A DNA stretch of 64,000 nt from an uncultured archaeon (GTDB taxonomy: Archaea > Iainarchaeota > Iainarchaeia > Iainarchaeales > DATDZZ01). The notes under the pieces are model-generated. The model did not search any database and had not been told where the DNA came from. It saw only the letters and a program-made list of their open reading frames with translations. This document shows positions 45,773 to 54,451 of this stretch, one piece after another. Made by a program: the position numbers and the translations under genes. Every line of letters starts with the position of its first letter. Position 1 is the stretch's first letter. The stretch spans positions 28,468 to 92,467 of the forward strand of contig CAYJVY010000006.1 in NCBI GenBank assembly GCA_964373795.1. Reading direction: 5' to 3'.

Positions 45773-47560
45773 ATGGCAATGCTTGACTTAACTTTATTGC
45801 TTGACTTGGGACTAATTATAATAGCTGCAACTGTGCTAGGATATGTTGCTAAAGCATTAAAGCAACCTCCACTAATTGCATATATTGCAGCAGGATTGCT
45901 TATAGGGCCATATGCATTAGGTTCATTGGGAATAAGGTTTGGTCCAATTCCAGTACTAGGAGTTGGCCCTGAACAAATAAATAATATAATAATTTTATCC
46001 GAATTAGGAGTAGCATTTCTATTATTTTCAATTGCTGCTGAAACAAATTTTTCTAAAATGTTTCAATTAAGAAACATTTTATTTGCAGGAGGAATTCTTC
46101 AAGTACTTTTAAGCACTGTTCTAGTATTCTTTTTAACTTTTTTAATTCTTCCAAATGCAATTCAAGCAATTTACATCGGATTCATTCTAGCGTTTAGTTC
46201 TACTATGATGGTTGTAAAAGTTTTATCAGACAAACAAGAAATTAATACAATTCATGGAAGGTTAATGGTTGGATTTCTTCTAGTGCAAGATGTAATAGTT
46301 ATTCTTTTACTTCCTTTAATTGCAAAAATCTCTACTCAACTATCTTTTTTTCTTTTATTAGAGGTTTTCTTAAAAGCATTCATTCTTTTTGCAATAGGAT
46401 TTTTATTTAACAAATTTATTTTACCAAAATTAATTTCTTATTCAAGTAAATCAGTTGAATTGTTTTATTTAAGTAGTTTAAGTGTTTGCTTTTTATTCAT
46501 CATTTTATCTCATTTAATGAATTTTTCAATTGCAGTAGGAGCATTTATTGGAGGACTAGCAATTTCAAATTTATTATTTAATTTAGAAATTGTTAGCAAC
46601 ATTAAGGGTTTAAGAAATTTTTTTGCCACAATATTTTTTGTAACACTTGGAATGCAAATAAATTTTTCTTTTATAAATTTTTCCATTCCATTATTTGCTT
46701 TAATGTTGTTTGCTGTTTTCATTTTAAAACCAATTATTTTCAGCATTATTACTTTTTTTAGTGGCTATGGAGGAAGAATTTCTTTATTAGTTGGATTAGG
46801 CTTAGCTCAAGTAAGTGAATTTTCTTTTATTTTATTAAATCAAGGATTTAATGGAGGGCAAGGCCCTTTAAGTCAAGAAGTTTTTTCGAGTTCAATACTT
46901 GTAATTGGATTATCAATGGCTTTAACTCCTTACATTATAAAATACGACGACAAAATAAGTTTCTTTTTTAGAAACCGCTTAAGGAAAATAGATTTCTTGG
47001 CAAAATTTTTTGACAAACACAAACAAAATCTTGACAAATTAAGTAATGTTCCATTAAAATTAAACAAACACATTGTATTATTTGGTTGTGGGGAAACAGG
47101 TAAAGGATTTGTTTCGACTTTTAATGAAACTCAAAACCTTGTAGTAGTTGACAACGATCCAAAAGTAATAGAAGAACTAATAAGTAAAGACGCTTATGCA
47201 ATTTATGGCTCAGTTGAACATTTAGAGGCATTAGAAAAAGCTGGCTTGACTAGAGCTGATTTATTGGTTATTACAATTCCAAACGAAGAAGCATCAATTT
47301 ATTTAACTGAATTAGCTAAACAAATAAATCCAGACATCATAATTTTTGCAAGAGCACATCATAACGAAGGCGTAATAAAATTATATGAAAAAGGAGCAGA
47401 CTTAGTTATTGCTCCTGAAACACTTGCATCAACTGAATTAATTAAAAATGTTTCAAATTATTTAGAGAAAGGGAAAAAGTTTAAAATAAAATTAAGAAAA
47501 CAATATTTAGACTATGTAAAAAATGGATTAAGAAATAAAGAAAATAATTTCAAAATCTAA
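45773..47560 (+). CDS. Monovalent cation:proton antiporter (CPA2/Kef-type) with C-terminal RCK/TrkA-N domain
   Basis: About 11 TM helices, then a Rossmann-like HIVLFGCGETGKGFV domain of about 140 aa. Confidence 0.75.
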   Translation: MAMLDLTLLLDLGLIIIAATVLGYVAKALKQPPLIAYIAAGLLIGPYALGSLGIRFGPIPVLGVGPEQINNIIILSELGVAFLLFSIAAETNFSKMFQLRNILFAGGILQVLLSTVLVFFLTFLILPNAIQAIYIGFILAFSSTMMVVKVLSDKQEINTIHGRLMVGFLLVQDVIVILLLPLIAKISTQLSFFLLLEVFLKAFILFAIGFLFNKFILPKLISYSSKSVELFYLSSLSVCFLFIILSHLMNFSIAVGAFIGGLAISNLLFNLEIVSNIKGLRNFFATIFFVTLGMQINFSFINFSIPLFALMLFAVFILKPIIFSIITFFSGYGGRISLLVGLGLAQVSEFSFILLNQGFNGGQGPLSQEVFSSSILVIGLSMALTPYIIKYDDKISFFFRNRLRKIDFLAKFFDKHKQNLDKLSNVPLKLNKHIVLFGCGETGKGFVSTFNETQNLVVVDNDPKVIEELISKDAYAIYGSVEHLEALEKAGLTRADLLVITIPNEEASIYLTELAKQINPDIIIFARAHHNEGVIKLYEKGADLVIAPETLASTELIKNVSNYLEKGKKFKIKLRKQYLDYVKNGLRNKENNFKI

Positions 47561-48202
47561 CTATAAAAGTTTTTCTTTTAATTCTTGAATTGCTTTTTTT
47601 CTATCTGTTTGACCAAAAATTGCATTTCCGGCAACCAAAACATTTGCTCCTGCTTTCACTACCTTTTGCACTGTATCAAGATTAATTCCGCCATCAACTT
47701 CAATATCTAAATTTGGTTTTAATTTTCGTAGTTTAGAAATTTTTGGTAAAACTGATTCAATAAATGTTTGCCCGCCAAAACCAGGGTTAACTGTCATCAA
47801 TAAAACCATGTCTAATTCATCTAAAACATCTTCAATTGAATTCAAAGAGGTTGCAGGGTTTAATGCAACTGCAGCTTTTACTCCGCAAGACTTTATTTGC
47901 TGAATAACTCTATGCAAATGAGGACACGCTTCAACATGAACTGTAATAGAAGCTGCTCCTGCTTTAACAAATTCTTCAACAAATTTTTCGGGTTCAACAA
48001 TCATTAAATGACAATCCAATGGTTTTGAAGATTTCAATTTTTTTACTACAGGTGGCCCAATAGTAATATTTGGAACAAACCTTCCATCCATTACATCTAC
48101 ATGAATTAAATCAACTTTTGATTCAACTAAAGCAATTTCTTCATTAATTTTTCCAAAATCAGCTGATAAAATGCTTGGAGCAATTAAAACTTTTTTATTC
48201 AT
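47561..48202 (-). CDS. rpe: Ribulose-phosphate 3-epimerase
   Basis: IAPSILSADFGKINEEI...DLIHVDVMDGRFVPNITIGPPVV...HLMIVEPEKFVEEF...VDGGIN. Classic RPE motifs. Confidence 0.9.
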   Translation of the reverse strand: MNKKVLIAPSILSADFGKINEEIALVESKVDLIHVDVMDGRFVPNITIGPPVVKKLKSSKPLDCHLMIVEPEKFVEEFVKAGAASITVHVEACPHLHRVIQQIKSCGVKAAVALNPATSLNSIEDVLDELDMVLLMTVNPGFGGQTFIESVLPKISKLRKLKPNLDIEVDGGINLDTVQKVVKAGANVLVAGNAIFGQTDRKKAIQELKEKLL

Positions 48203-48783
48203 TTAAATGGTCCTCCAGGAATTAAAAAAAATATAATTAAATTTGCAATAATAATTCCAAGAATTTCAGCAACAATTAAAAGTATTATAGGCAATAAAGT
48301 TTTAAAATGAAATATAATGTTCAAAAATTCAAGCAAAACAAAATTAGCATAATACCATGAAAAATTTAAATAATATGAGAACGGAATTGGTTTTTTTGAA
48401 AACAAACTTCCAAAATATATTAAAAAAATTGAAAAAAACACTAAAGCAATTGTTAAAAAAATAACCATTAAAGAAATATAAAAAGTTAAAAACCAAATCA
48501 TTCCTAATACAAAAATTATCAAATTATTTTCAGGTTGAACATATTTGTTAAAAAAAGGAATAATTGGAAAAATAAAAATCAATGGCAAAAGGCAGGCAAT
48601 TGGAATTAAAATAATTACTCCCAGAAATGAAACTGCTCTTTCAATGTCATTTTCAGGAGTAAATCCTTTATATAAATCCAAACGAGAATTAATTGAATTA
48701 AATAAATTTTGGTCAACTGAAATCAAGTTATTTTTTAATTTAATTACAAAACTCGCATACGGTTTAAGAAAAAAATCAAACAT
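48199..48783 (-). CDS. Hypothetical polytopic membrane protein
   Basis: 194 aa, very hydrophobic. The start overlaps rpe by 4 nt. Confidence 0.4.
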   Translation of the reverse strand: MFDFFLKPYASFVIKLKNNLISVDQNLFNSINSRLDLYKGFTPENDIERAVSFLGVIILIPIACLLPLIFIFPIIPFFNKYVQPENNLIIFVLGMIWFLTFYISLMVIFLTIALVFFSIFLIYFGSLFSKKPIPFSYYLNFSWYYANFVLLEFLNIIFHFKTLLPIILLIVAEILGIIIANLIIFFLIPGGPFK

Positions 48784-48800
48784 TTTAATCAGCTATTTTC

Positions 48801-49277
48801 TCAATTTGGTTTAAGAAATTGCTTTTCTATCTCTTTAATTTTATTCAATCTACGCAAATGCCTTTCATTTTCTGGTTTGCTTCCTTCAAACTTTGTTTTT
48901 AAAAAAATTTCTACAAACTTTAATGCATCTTCTTGATTTAAAAGTTTTTCACCTAAACATAAGACATTTGTATCTCCATGTTCTCGACATTGTTTTGCAG
49001 ATGCTTCACTGAATACAACTGCTGCCCTTATGCCTGGAACCTTATTTGCTGTTAAAGCCATTCCCATTCCAGTTCCACAAACTAAAATTCCTTGAGAATT
49101 AGGATTTTTTACAACATTTTGTGCAACGCTTAAAGCAAAATCAGGGTAATCACAACTTTCTTCAGAATTAGTGCCAATGTCAGTGAATTTAAAGCCCAGT
49201 TCTTTTAATTTTTCTTTAATTGCTTTCTTTAATTTAAACCCAGCATGATCTGATCCAATAAAAATTTTCAAACACAT
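48801..49277 (-). CDS. rpiB: Ribose-5-phosphate isomerase B (RpiB/LacAB family)
   Basis: KIFIGSDHAGFKLKKAIKEKL...GILVCGTGMGMALTANKVPGIRAA is the RpiB signature. Confidence 0.85.
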   Translation of the reverse strand: MCLKIFIGSDHAGFKLKKAIKEKLKELGFKFTDIGTNSEESCDYPDFALSVAQNVVKNPNSQGILVCGTGMGMALTANKVPGIRAAVVFSEASAKQCREHGDTNVLCLGEKLLNQEDALKFVEIFLKTKFEGSKPENERHLRRLNKIKEIEKQFLKPN

Positions 49278-49372
49278 AAAAACTAATTAAATAAAGAACT
49301 CGTTATTCTTAAATACTTATTTTTTAGTTTTGAACTAGTCAACATATTTAAATACTATAAACCTGTATTTGA

Positions 49373-49828
49373 TTGATGAAATTAAAAATTTGCATTACAG
49401 CTTCTGCAGGAGGGCATTTAACTGAAATACTACAACTACGACAGCATTATTCAAAATATATTCATTTTTATGTTTCAGATTATAGAACTAATGCAATTGA
49501 TTTAAGCAAAAAAGAACAAGTTTTTTTTGTTGAATGCCCTAGGAGAAATCCATTAAATCTTTTAAAGAATTTTTTTCAGTCAATTAAAATTTTTTTAAAA
49601 GAAAAACCTGATTTAGTTATTTCAACTGGTGCAGATACTGCTTTTTCTATTTGCTTGCTTGCAAAATTATTCGGAAAAAAACTAATTTTCATTGAATCGT
49701 TCGCAAGAATTGACCAGCCATCCTTGAGTGGAAAAATTTTTTATCCAATAGCGGATTTATTTTTTATTCAATGGCCTGAAAATAAAAAGTTTTTTCCAAA
49801 AGCAGTTTATGTTGGAGCAGTATTTTAA
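49373..49828 (+). CDS. Alg14-like glycosyltransferase accessory subunit (PssD/Cps14F-like)
   Basis: MMKLKICITASAGGHLTEILQL...LVISTGADTAF fits the Alg14/PssD pattern and is paired with the Alg13-like ORF immediately downstream. Confidence 0.55.
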   Translation: MMKLKICITASAGGHLTEILQLRQHYSKYIHFYVSDYRTNAIDLSKKEQVFFVECPRRNPLNLLKNFFQSIKIFLKEKPDLVISTGADTAFSICLLAKLFGKKLIFIESFARIDQPSLSGKIFYPIADLFFIQWPENKKFFPKAVYVGAVF

Positions 49829-49837
49829 GGTGAGAAA

Positions 49838-50320
49838 ATGAATATCTTTGTAACAGTTGGCACTCACCCGATGAGTTTTCATAGATTAACAAATGAATTA
49901 GATTTTTTAATTGAAAAATGCATGCTTGAAGACAAAATTTTTGCTCAAATTGGGTCAACTACTCCAAAACCAAAAAACTTTGATTTTGTGGAATTGCTTT
50001 CAGAAAAAGAATATTCTAAATGGTTTGATTGGGCTGATATAGTAATATCTCACGGTGGAGCTGGAAGCATAATAAATGCTTTGGCCAGAAATAAAAAATT
50101 AATTGTAGTTCCAAGGTTAAAAAAATTCTCTGAACATACAAATGATCATCAAATAGATTTAGCTCGCTTGCTTGAAAAACAAAAAAAGGTTTTAGGAGTA
50201 TATAATATTAAATCTCTTGGCACAATAATTGAAAAAGCAAAAAAATTCAAATTCAATGTTAAAAAAGAAGAAAACCAAATTGGAAAAAAAATCGAAGAAT
50301 TTATTTCAACAAATTTTTAA
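49838..50320 (+). CDS. Alg13-like glycosyltransferase catalytic subunit (GT28 C-terminal domain, PssE/Cps14G-like)
   Basis: MNIFVTVGTHPMSFHRL...ISHGGAGSIINALARNKKLIVVPR...HQIDLARLL matches the Alg13/MurG C-terminal motifs. Confidence 0.6.
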   Translation: MNIFVTVGTHPMSFHRLTNELDFLIEKCMLEDKIFAQIGSTTPKPKNFDFVELLSEKEYSKWFDWADIVISHGGAGSIINALARNKKLIVVPRLKKFSEHTNDHQIDLARLLEKQKKVLGVYNIKSLGTIIEKAKKFKFNVKKEENQIGKKIEEFISTNF

Positions 50321-50350
50321 TTTGAGTTGAGAGATTTTCTGCAGTGAAAC
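50300..50350. repeat. 51-bp perfect direct repeat, copy 1 (contains the stop codon of the Alg13-like gene)
   Basis: tttatttcaacaaatttttaatttgagttgagagattttctgcagtgaaac is identical to 50837-50887. Confidence 0.9.
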
Positions 50351-50359
50351 AAAATTTGT

Positions 50360-50587
50360 TTATAAGAGTTTCAGAAAATTTTCTCGTTTCATTTGCAAAT
50401 CGTGTTTTACTATTTTATTCAAAAGGCTTCTATCAATGTCTTCTCCACCATGATTTGGGATTACAGTTGTTCTACCATCTGGATGTTCAAAAAACATATG
50501 ACTTCCTTGTTGTCTTTTCAATTCAAATCCAAGTCGCTTTAGAATTTTCGCCAATTCAAGAGCATTCATTAGCGGAAGCTTTGACAT
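50360..50587 (-). CDS. hicA: HicA-family mRNA interferase toxin (YcfA-like)
   Basis: MSKLPLMNALELAKILKRLGFELKRQQGSHMFFEHPDGRTTVIPNHGGEDIDRSLLNKIVK is a canonical HicA sequence. Confidence 0.75.
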   Translation of the reverse strand: MSKLPLMNALELAKILKRLGFELKRQQGSHMFFEHPDGRTTVIPNHGGEDIDRSLLNKIVKHDLQMKRENFLKLL

Positions 50588-50588
50588 T

Positions 50589-50798
50589 TCAAACCTCTAT
50601 TTGTTGCAAACTCAAAAATTTAGTCTCAAAATTATCTAGATTTTTAACTGCAAGATAAATAGAAATTGCTTCTTTTGTTCTCTTAATTAGTTCATCATAA
50701 CTTTTTGCCTGAGTATGACAACCAGGCAAACCTATTACCTCTGAAATTAAATATCCATCTTCTCCTTGCTCAACAATTACATTAAATTTTCTTGTCAT
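50589..50798 (-). CDS. hicB: HicB-family antitoxin (UPF0150-like)
   Basis: 69 aa, MTRKFNVIVEQGEDGYLISEVIGLPGCHTQAKSYDELIKRTKEAISIYL. Its stop lies 2 nt upstream of the hicA start. Confidence 0.65.
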   Translation of the reverse strand: MTRKFNVIVEQGEDGYLISEVIGLPGCHTQAKSYDELIKRTKEAISIYLAVKNLDNFETKFLSLQQIEV

Positions 50799-50836
50799 AA
50801 TATAATACTTCTAAATGTTCTATAAATAGTTATCGT

Positions 50837-50887
50837 TTTATTTCAACAAATTTTTAATTTGAGTTGAGAGATTTTCTGCAGTGAAAC
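50837..50887. repeat. 51-bp perfect direct repeat, copy 2 (contains the stop codon of the transketolase C-terminal subunit gene)
   Basis: Identical to 50300-50350. Confidence 0.9.
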
Positions 50888-51800
50888 CGTATTTTGTATA
50901 TAACTCTAATGGCTTGCCTGATTCTCCAAAACGATTTTGCATTCCAATTCTCTTAAAAGGAATTGAACAAGAATTTTCAGCTAATACTTCACTTACAGCT
51001 GAGCCAAGCCCGCCAATTATTTGATGATCTTCTGCAGTAATTAATGCATTTGTTTCTTTTGCTGCTTTTAAAATAATTTTTTCATCAATGGGTTTAATTG
51101 AATGAATATTTATTACTCTGCAAGAAATTTTTTCTTGTTCTAAAAGTTTTGCGGCATTTAATGCAATATAAACTAGTCCTCCAGTTGCAATAATGGTTGC
51201 ATCACTTCCTTCATGTAATTGAACTCCTTTTCCAAGTTCAAATTCATAATCTGCATTGTTTACTGTAGGAGTTTTTTCTCTGTTTGTACGCAAATAACTT
51301 GCTTCTTTAAATTCTGCTAAAAATTTTGTTGCCTCGCGAGTTTCAATTCCATCGCATGGCACTATTACATTCATGAAAGGCAGTGTTCGAAAATAAGAAA
51401 TGTCTTCCAAGCATTGCGCTGTTGCTCCATCTTGTCCTGTAAGTAATCCTGCATGCGAGCCCACAAGCTTTACTGGAACTTGTGCATAGCAAACGCTTTG
51501 TCTAATTATTTCAATTGCTCGAGTTAAAAAAATTGCAAAAGTTGAAGCAAAAACTTTTTTTCCTTCAAGAGTTAAACCAACAGACATTCCAACCATGTTT
51601 TGCTCGCAAATTCCTACATAGTGAAACCTGTTTGGATCAACTTCTTTTACAGTAATGCTTTTAGTGGATAAAGCTAAATCAGCATCTAAAGCAATAATGT
51701 TTTTGTCCTTTGCAGCTAATTCTTTTAAAGCTTCTCCATAAGCATCTCTTGTTGCAATCATTTCAATTTTTTGTTCAGTCATCTGATCAACTCTATCCAT
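50838..51800 (-). CDS. tktC: Transketolase, C-terminal subunit (pyrimidine-binding plus C-terminal domains)
   Basis: ATRDAYGEALKEL...VGICEQNMVGMSVGL...HAGLLTGQDGATAQCLEDISYFRTLP. The likely true start is MTEQ at 51782. Confidence 0.9.
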   Translation of the reverse strand: MDRVDQMTEQKIEMIATRDAYGEALKELAAKDKNIIALDADLALSTKSITVKEVDPNRFHYVGICEQNMVGMSVGLTLEGKKVFASTFAIFLTRAIEIIRQSVCYAQVPVKLVGSHAGLLTGQDGATAQCLEDISYFRTLPFMNVIVPCDGIETREATKFLAEFKEASYLRTNREKTPTVNNADYEFELGKGVQLHEGSDATIIATGGLVYIALNAAKLLEQEKISCRVINIHSIKPIDEKIILKAAKETNALITAEDHQIIGGLGSAVSEVLAENSCSIPFKRIGMQNRFGESGKPLELYTKYGFTAENLSTQIKNLLK

Positions 51801-52533
51801 GAATTACGTCAAAAAATATTAATTTGTTATCCCACTTACTAAAAAAGGCGTTCCAGGGAGCCAATGAAGTTTGAGTTCTTAACATGTTTCGCAATTGTGC
51901 AATAAATCTTTCAAGCTGAGTTCCTTTACTTTTATCCTCAAACTTTTTGCTTTGCAATAAGTCTTGAACTGTTTGAACTTCTCCAAGTTGATGTAATTCA
52001 GTAATAATTATTCCAGGCAAACCCTCTTTTCCGGAATGTCCATAATGATATTTTACTACCTCAAAAGTAATTCCAGGAAATTTTGCTTGAAGTTCTTGTT
52101 TTCGCGCTAAGAGTTCTTTTCTCAAATCCTGTGCAACTTTAATTTGATCAATGTCTCCTTGACTTGGAAGTATTTTAACAAAAAAACTTTTTCCTTCAAT
52201 CTCTAATTTGAATACTCCTCTATTTCTTCTACCTTCATATCTTGAAGTAAATGGATGAGAAAGTTTTACAGTTACAAGTGAATGAAATTCATTGTTAAGC
52301 CTTATTTCTCGAGTAACCTTTTCCCCTACTTTTAACCCGCCTTCGTGTTCTTTTATTATTTGCCATAGCTTGGGAAGAAGGCCTTTATTTCTAACTAAAA
52401 ATTCTCTGAATTCTTTTGAATAAAATGCGCGCGGACGTTGAGCAACTTTTTTTCTTATGCTAGAAGGTTTTCTAGGTAAACGCTTTTCAGCCGATTTTCT
52501 GTTTCTTTGATTTATGCGCATTAATCTCACCAA
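51793..52533 (-). CDS. Unknown protein with basic N-terminus and protein-kinase-like N-lobe, ending at an ...DVIHG motif
   Basis: 246-aa ORF lying exactly between tktN and tktC, with overlapping boundaries on both sides. Contains GVFKLEIEGKSFFVKI (beta-hairpin plus Lys, kinase N-lobe-like), IIITELHQLGE (hinge-like), and C-terminal FFDVIHG, which ends where a kinase catalytic HGD loop would begin. Confidence 0.4.
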   Translation of the reverse strand: MVRLMRINQRNRKSAEKRLPRKPSSIRKKVAQRPRAFYSKEFREFLVRNKGLLPKLWQIIKEHEGGLKVGEKVTREIRLNNEFHSLVTVKLSHPFTSRYEGRRNRGVFKLEIEGKSFFVKILPSQGDIDQIKVAQDLRKELLARKQELQAKFPGITFEVVKYHYGHSGKEGLPGIIITELHQLGEVQTVQDLLQSKKFEDKSKGTQLERFIAQLRNMLRTQTSLAPWNAFFSKWDNKLIFFDVIHG

Positions 52534-53390
52534 GTTCCGTCAACTAGTTTTTCGTTTAGTTCGCGAATAGCTTGCTCTAATTGTTCTTGAGTTGGAGCCT
52601 TGCCGTGAAAAGAAGGATTATTGTTAATAAATGAAACCCCCTTGCCTTTCACTGTATTACAAATTATTGCAAAAGGTTTGTCTGAAGAATCTGCTTCATT
52701 TAATGCTTGAATTATTTCTTCAACTTTATGGCCGTTAACTACTCTTACATTCCAATTAAAGGCTTCAAATTTTTTGTCTAAGGGATCTACGCTTAAAATT
52801 TCGTTTACAAATCCATCGTTTTGAATTCCGTTTTTATCGATTACTGCAACCAAGTTATGTAATTTTTTGAATCCAGCAAAAGCAGCTGTTTCCCATATAA
52901 TTCCTTCTTGGGTTTCTCCATCGCCTAGCCATGCAAAAACTTTGTGTTTTTTTTCATCAAGTTTTGCAGCTAAAGCCATTCCACATGCAACTGAAAATCC
53001 TTGTCCTAGGCTTCCAGAAGACATTTCAACTCCAGGGGTTTTCAATCTATCTGGATGGCCTTGAAGCATTCCTCCAAGTGCGCGGAGTTTTTCTAATTCT
53101 AAGTCAGGAATTATTTTTAATTTATTTAATGCTGCATAAACAATTGGGCAAGCATGTCCTTTACTCATTACAAATCTGTCCCGAGAAGGATCATGTAAAT
53201 CATTTAAATTGAAATGCATTTTGTAAAAATACAAAGCAGTAATTATTTCCGCGCTTGAAAGGCTTCCACCTGGATGCCCTGAATTAGCTTTAGTAATCAT
53301 TTTCAAAGCAGAAATTCTTAAGTCTCGAGCAATTTCTCTTAATTCTTGAATTTTGTCTTTTGAAAGTGTTTTCTGCATTTCCGTCGCCAC
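52527..53390 (-). CDS. tktN: Transketolase, N-terminal subunit (TPP-binding)
   Basis: ANSGHPGGSLSSAEII...SKGHACPIVYA...GSLGQGFSVACGMALA...LGDGETQEGIIWE. Confidence 0.9.
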   Translation of the reverse strand: MATEMQKTLSKDKIQELREIARDLRISALKMITKANSGHPGGSLSSAEIITALYFYKMHFNLNDLHDPSRDRFVMSKGHACPIVYAALNKLKIIPDLELEKLRALGGMLQGHPDRLKTPGVEMSSGSLGQGFSVACGMALAAKLDEKKHKVFAWLGDGETQEGIIWETAAFAGFKKLHNLVAVIDKNGIQNDGFVNEILSVDPLDKKFEAFNWNVRVVNGHKVEEIIQALNEADSSDKPFAIICNTVKGKGVSFINNNPSFHGKAPTQEQLEQAIRELNEKLVDGTW

Positions 53391-53393
53391 AAA

Positions 53394-54047
53394 TTATACT
53401 TTTAATCCAGCTTTTTTTGCATCATCTAAAAACTTTTTCAAGCCATTGTCAGTTAAAGGGTGTTGAAACATTTTTTCTAATACATTGAAAGGCATTGTAC
53501 AATACTCTGCTCCAAGCCTTGCAGATTCAACTACATGCCTTGGATGTCTAATGCTTGCAACTAAAATTTTTGTTTGAATGTAGGAATATTTTTCAAATAT
53601 TTCTTTAATCTCTTTAATTAAATTCATTCCATCTTCAGAAATATCGTCTAAGCGGCCAATGAATGGTGAAACAAATTCTGCTCCAGCTTTTGCAGCAATT
53701 AATGCTTGATTTGAAGAAAAAATTAAAGTGCAATTAATTTTAATTCCTTCAGAGGAAAGAGTTTTAATTGCTTTAACCCCTTCTGGAATAAATGGAACTT
53801 TTACTACAATGTTTTTATGCAGTGCTGCAAGAATTCTTGCTTCTTTTAAAATCTCGTTATACTCTGTTGCCAAAACCTCTGCTGAAATTGGGCCATCAAC
53901 TAGTTTAGTTATTTCTTTAACTCTTTGCTTGAAGTCAACTCCTTCTTTTGCAATTAGGGATGGATTAGTTGTAATGCCGTCACATAAACCCCATTCAACT
54001 GCTTGTTTGATTTCATTTAAATTAGCTGTGTCTAAAAAAAATTTCAT
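53394..54047 (-). CDS. tal: Transaldolase / fructose-6-phosphate aldolase family (TalC/MipB-type)
   Basis: MKFFLDTANLNEIKQAVEWGLCDGITTNPSLIAKEG...VVKVPFIPEGVKAIKTL...INCTLIFS has the Schiff-base Lys in the VKVP region. Confidence 0.85.
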   Translation of the reverse strand: MKFFLDTANLNEIKQAVEWGLCDGITTNPSLIAKEGVDFKQRVKEITKLVDGPISAEVLATEYNEILKEARILAALHKNIVVKVPFIPEGVKAIKTLSSEGIKINCTLIFSSNQALIAAKAGAEFVSPFIGRLDDISEDGMNLIKEIKEIFEKYSYIQTKILVASIRHPRHVVESARLGAEYCTMPFNVLEKMFQHPLTDNGLKKFLDDAKKAGLKV

Positions 54048-54106
54048 TCATTCACCTTTAATTAACTTGTAAAAAACTAGCGTCAAAAAATTTAAATACC
54101 TATTAA

Positions 54107-54397
54107 TTAAGCTACTTTTTTGGAAAATTTTTTCAAAGCCTCTATTGAAGCTCTTTTAACTGCGTCAGGCTCGTTTGCTCTAATAAGTCCTTGAAGGAAT
54201 GGAACAAAAACAGGATTTCTTGAATTGCCTGCTTGACTTACTAGTGAAACTTTTTCAGGCAGTGAACGGCTTTCACCAAATCTTTTAATTAACAGTTCAG
54301 AGTTAACAGCTGCTGTTGGTAAAACTCGTTGTTTTAAAGGAGTTCTTCTTCGCTCCAAAGAAATAATGCTTGCAGGCCTACGCGGTTTCAACATCAA
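54107..54397 (-). CDS. Small hypothetical protein with a HEAT/PBS-lyase-like repeat
   Basis: 96 aa. PDAVKRASIEALKK resembles a HEAT-like repeat. Weak call. Confidence 0.3.
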   Translation of the reverse strand: MMLKPRRPASIISLERRRTPLKQRVLPTAAVNSELLIKRFGESRSLPEKVSLVSQAGNSRNPVFVPFLQGLIRANEPDAVKRASIEALKKFSKKVA

Positions 54398-54451
54398 TCA
54401 CATTAAAATTGTTGTTAAAGTATTATAAAAAGCTTTTGCAACAAAAGAGCC

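Noticed and set aside
50344-50658. 104-aa plus-strand ORF spanning the hicAB cassette
   Set aside because: Antisense to both hicA and hicB, which carry clear family signatures.
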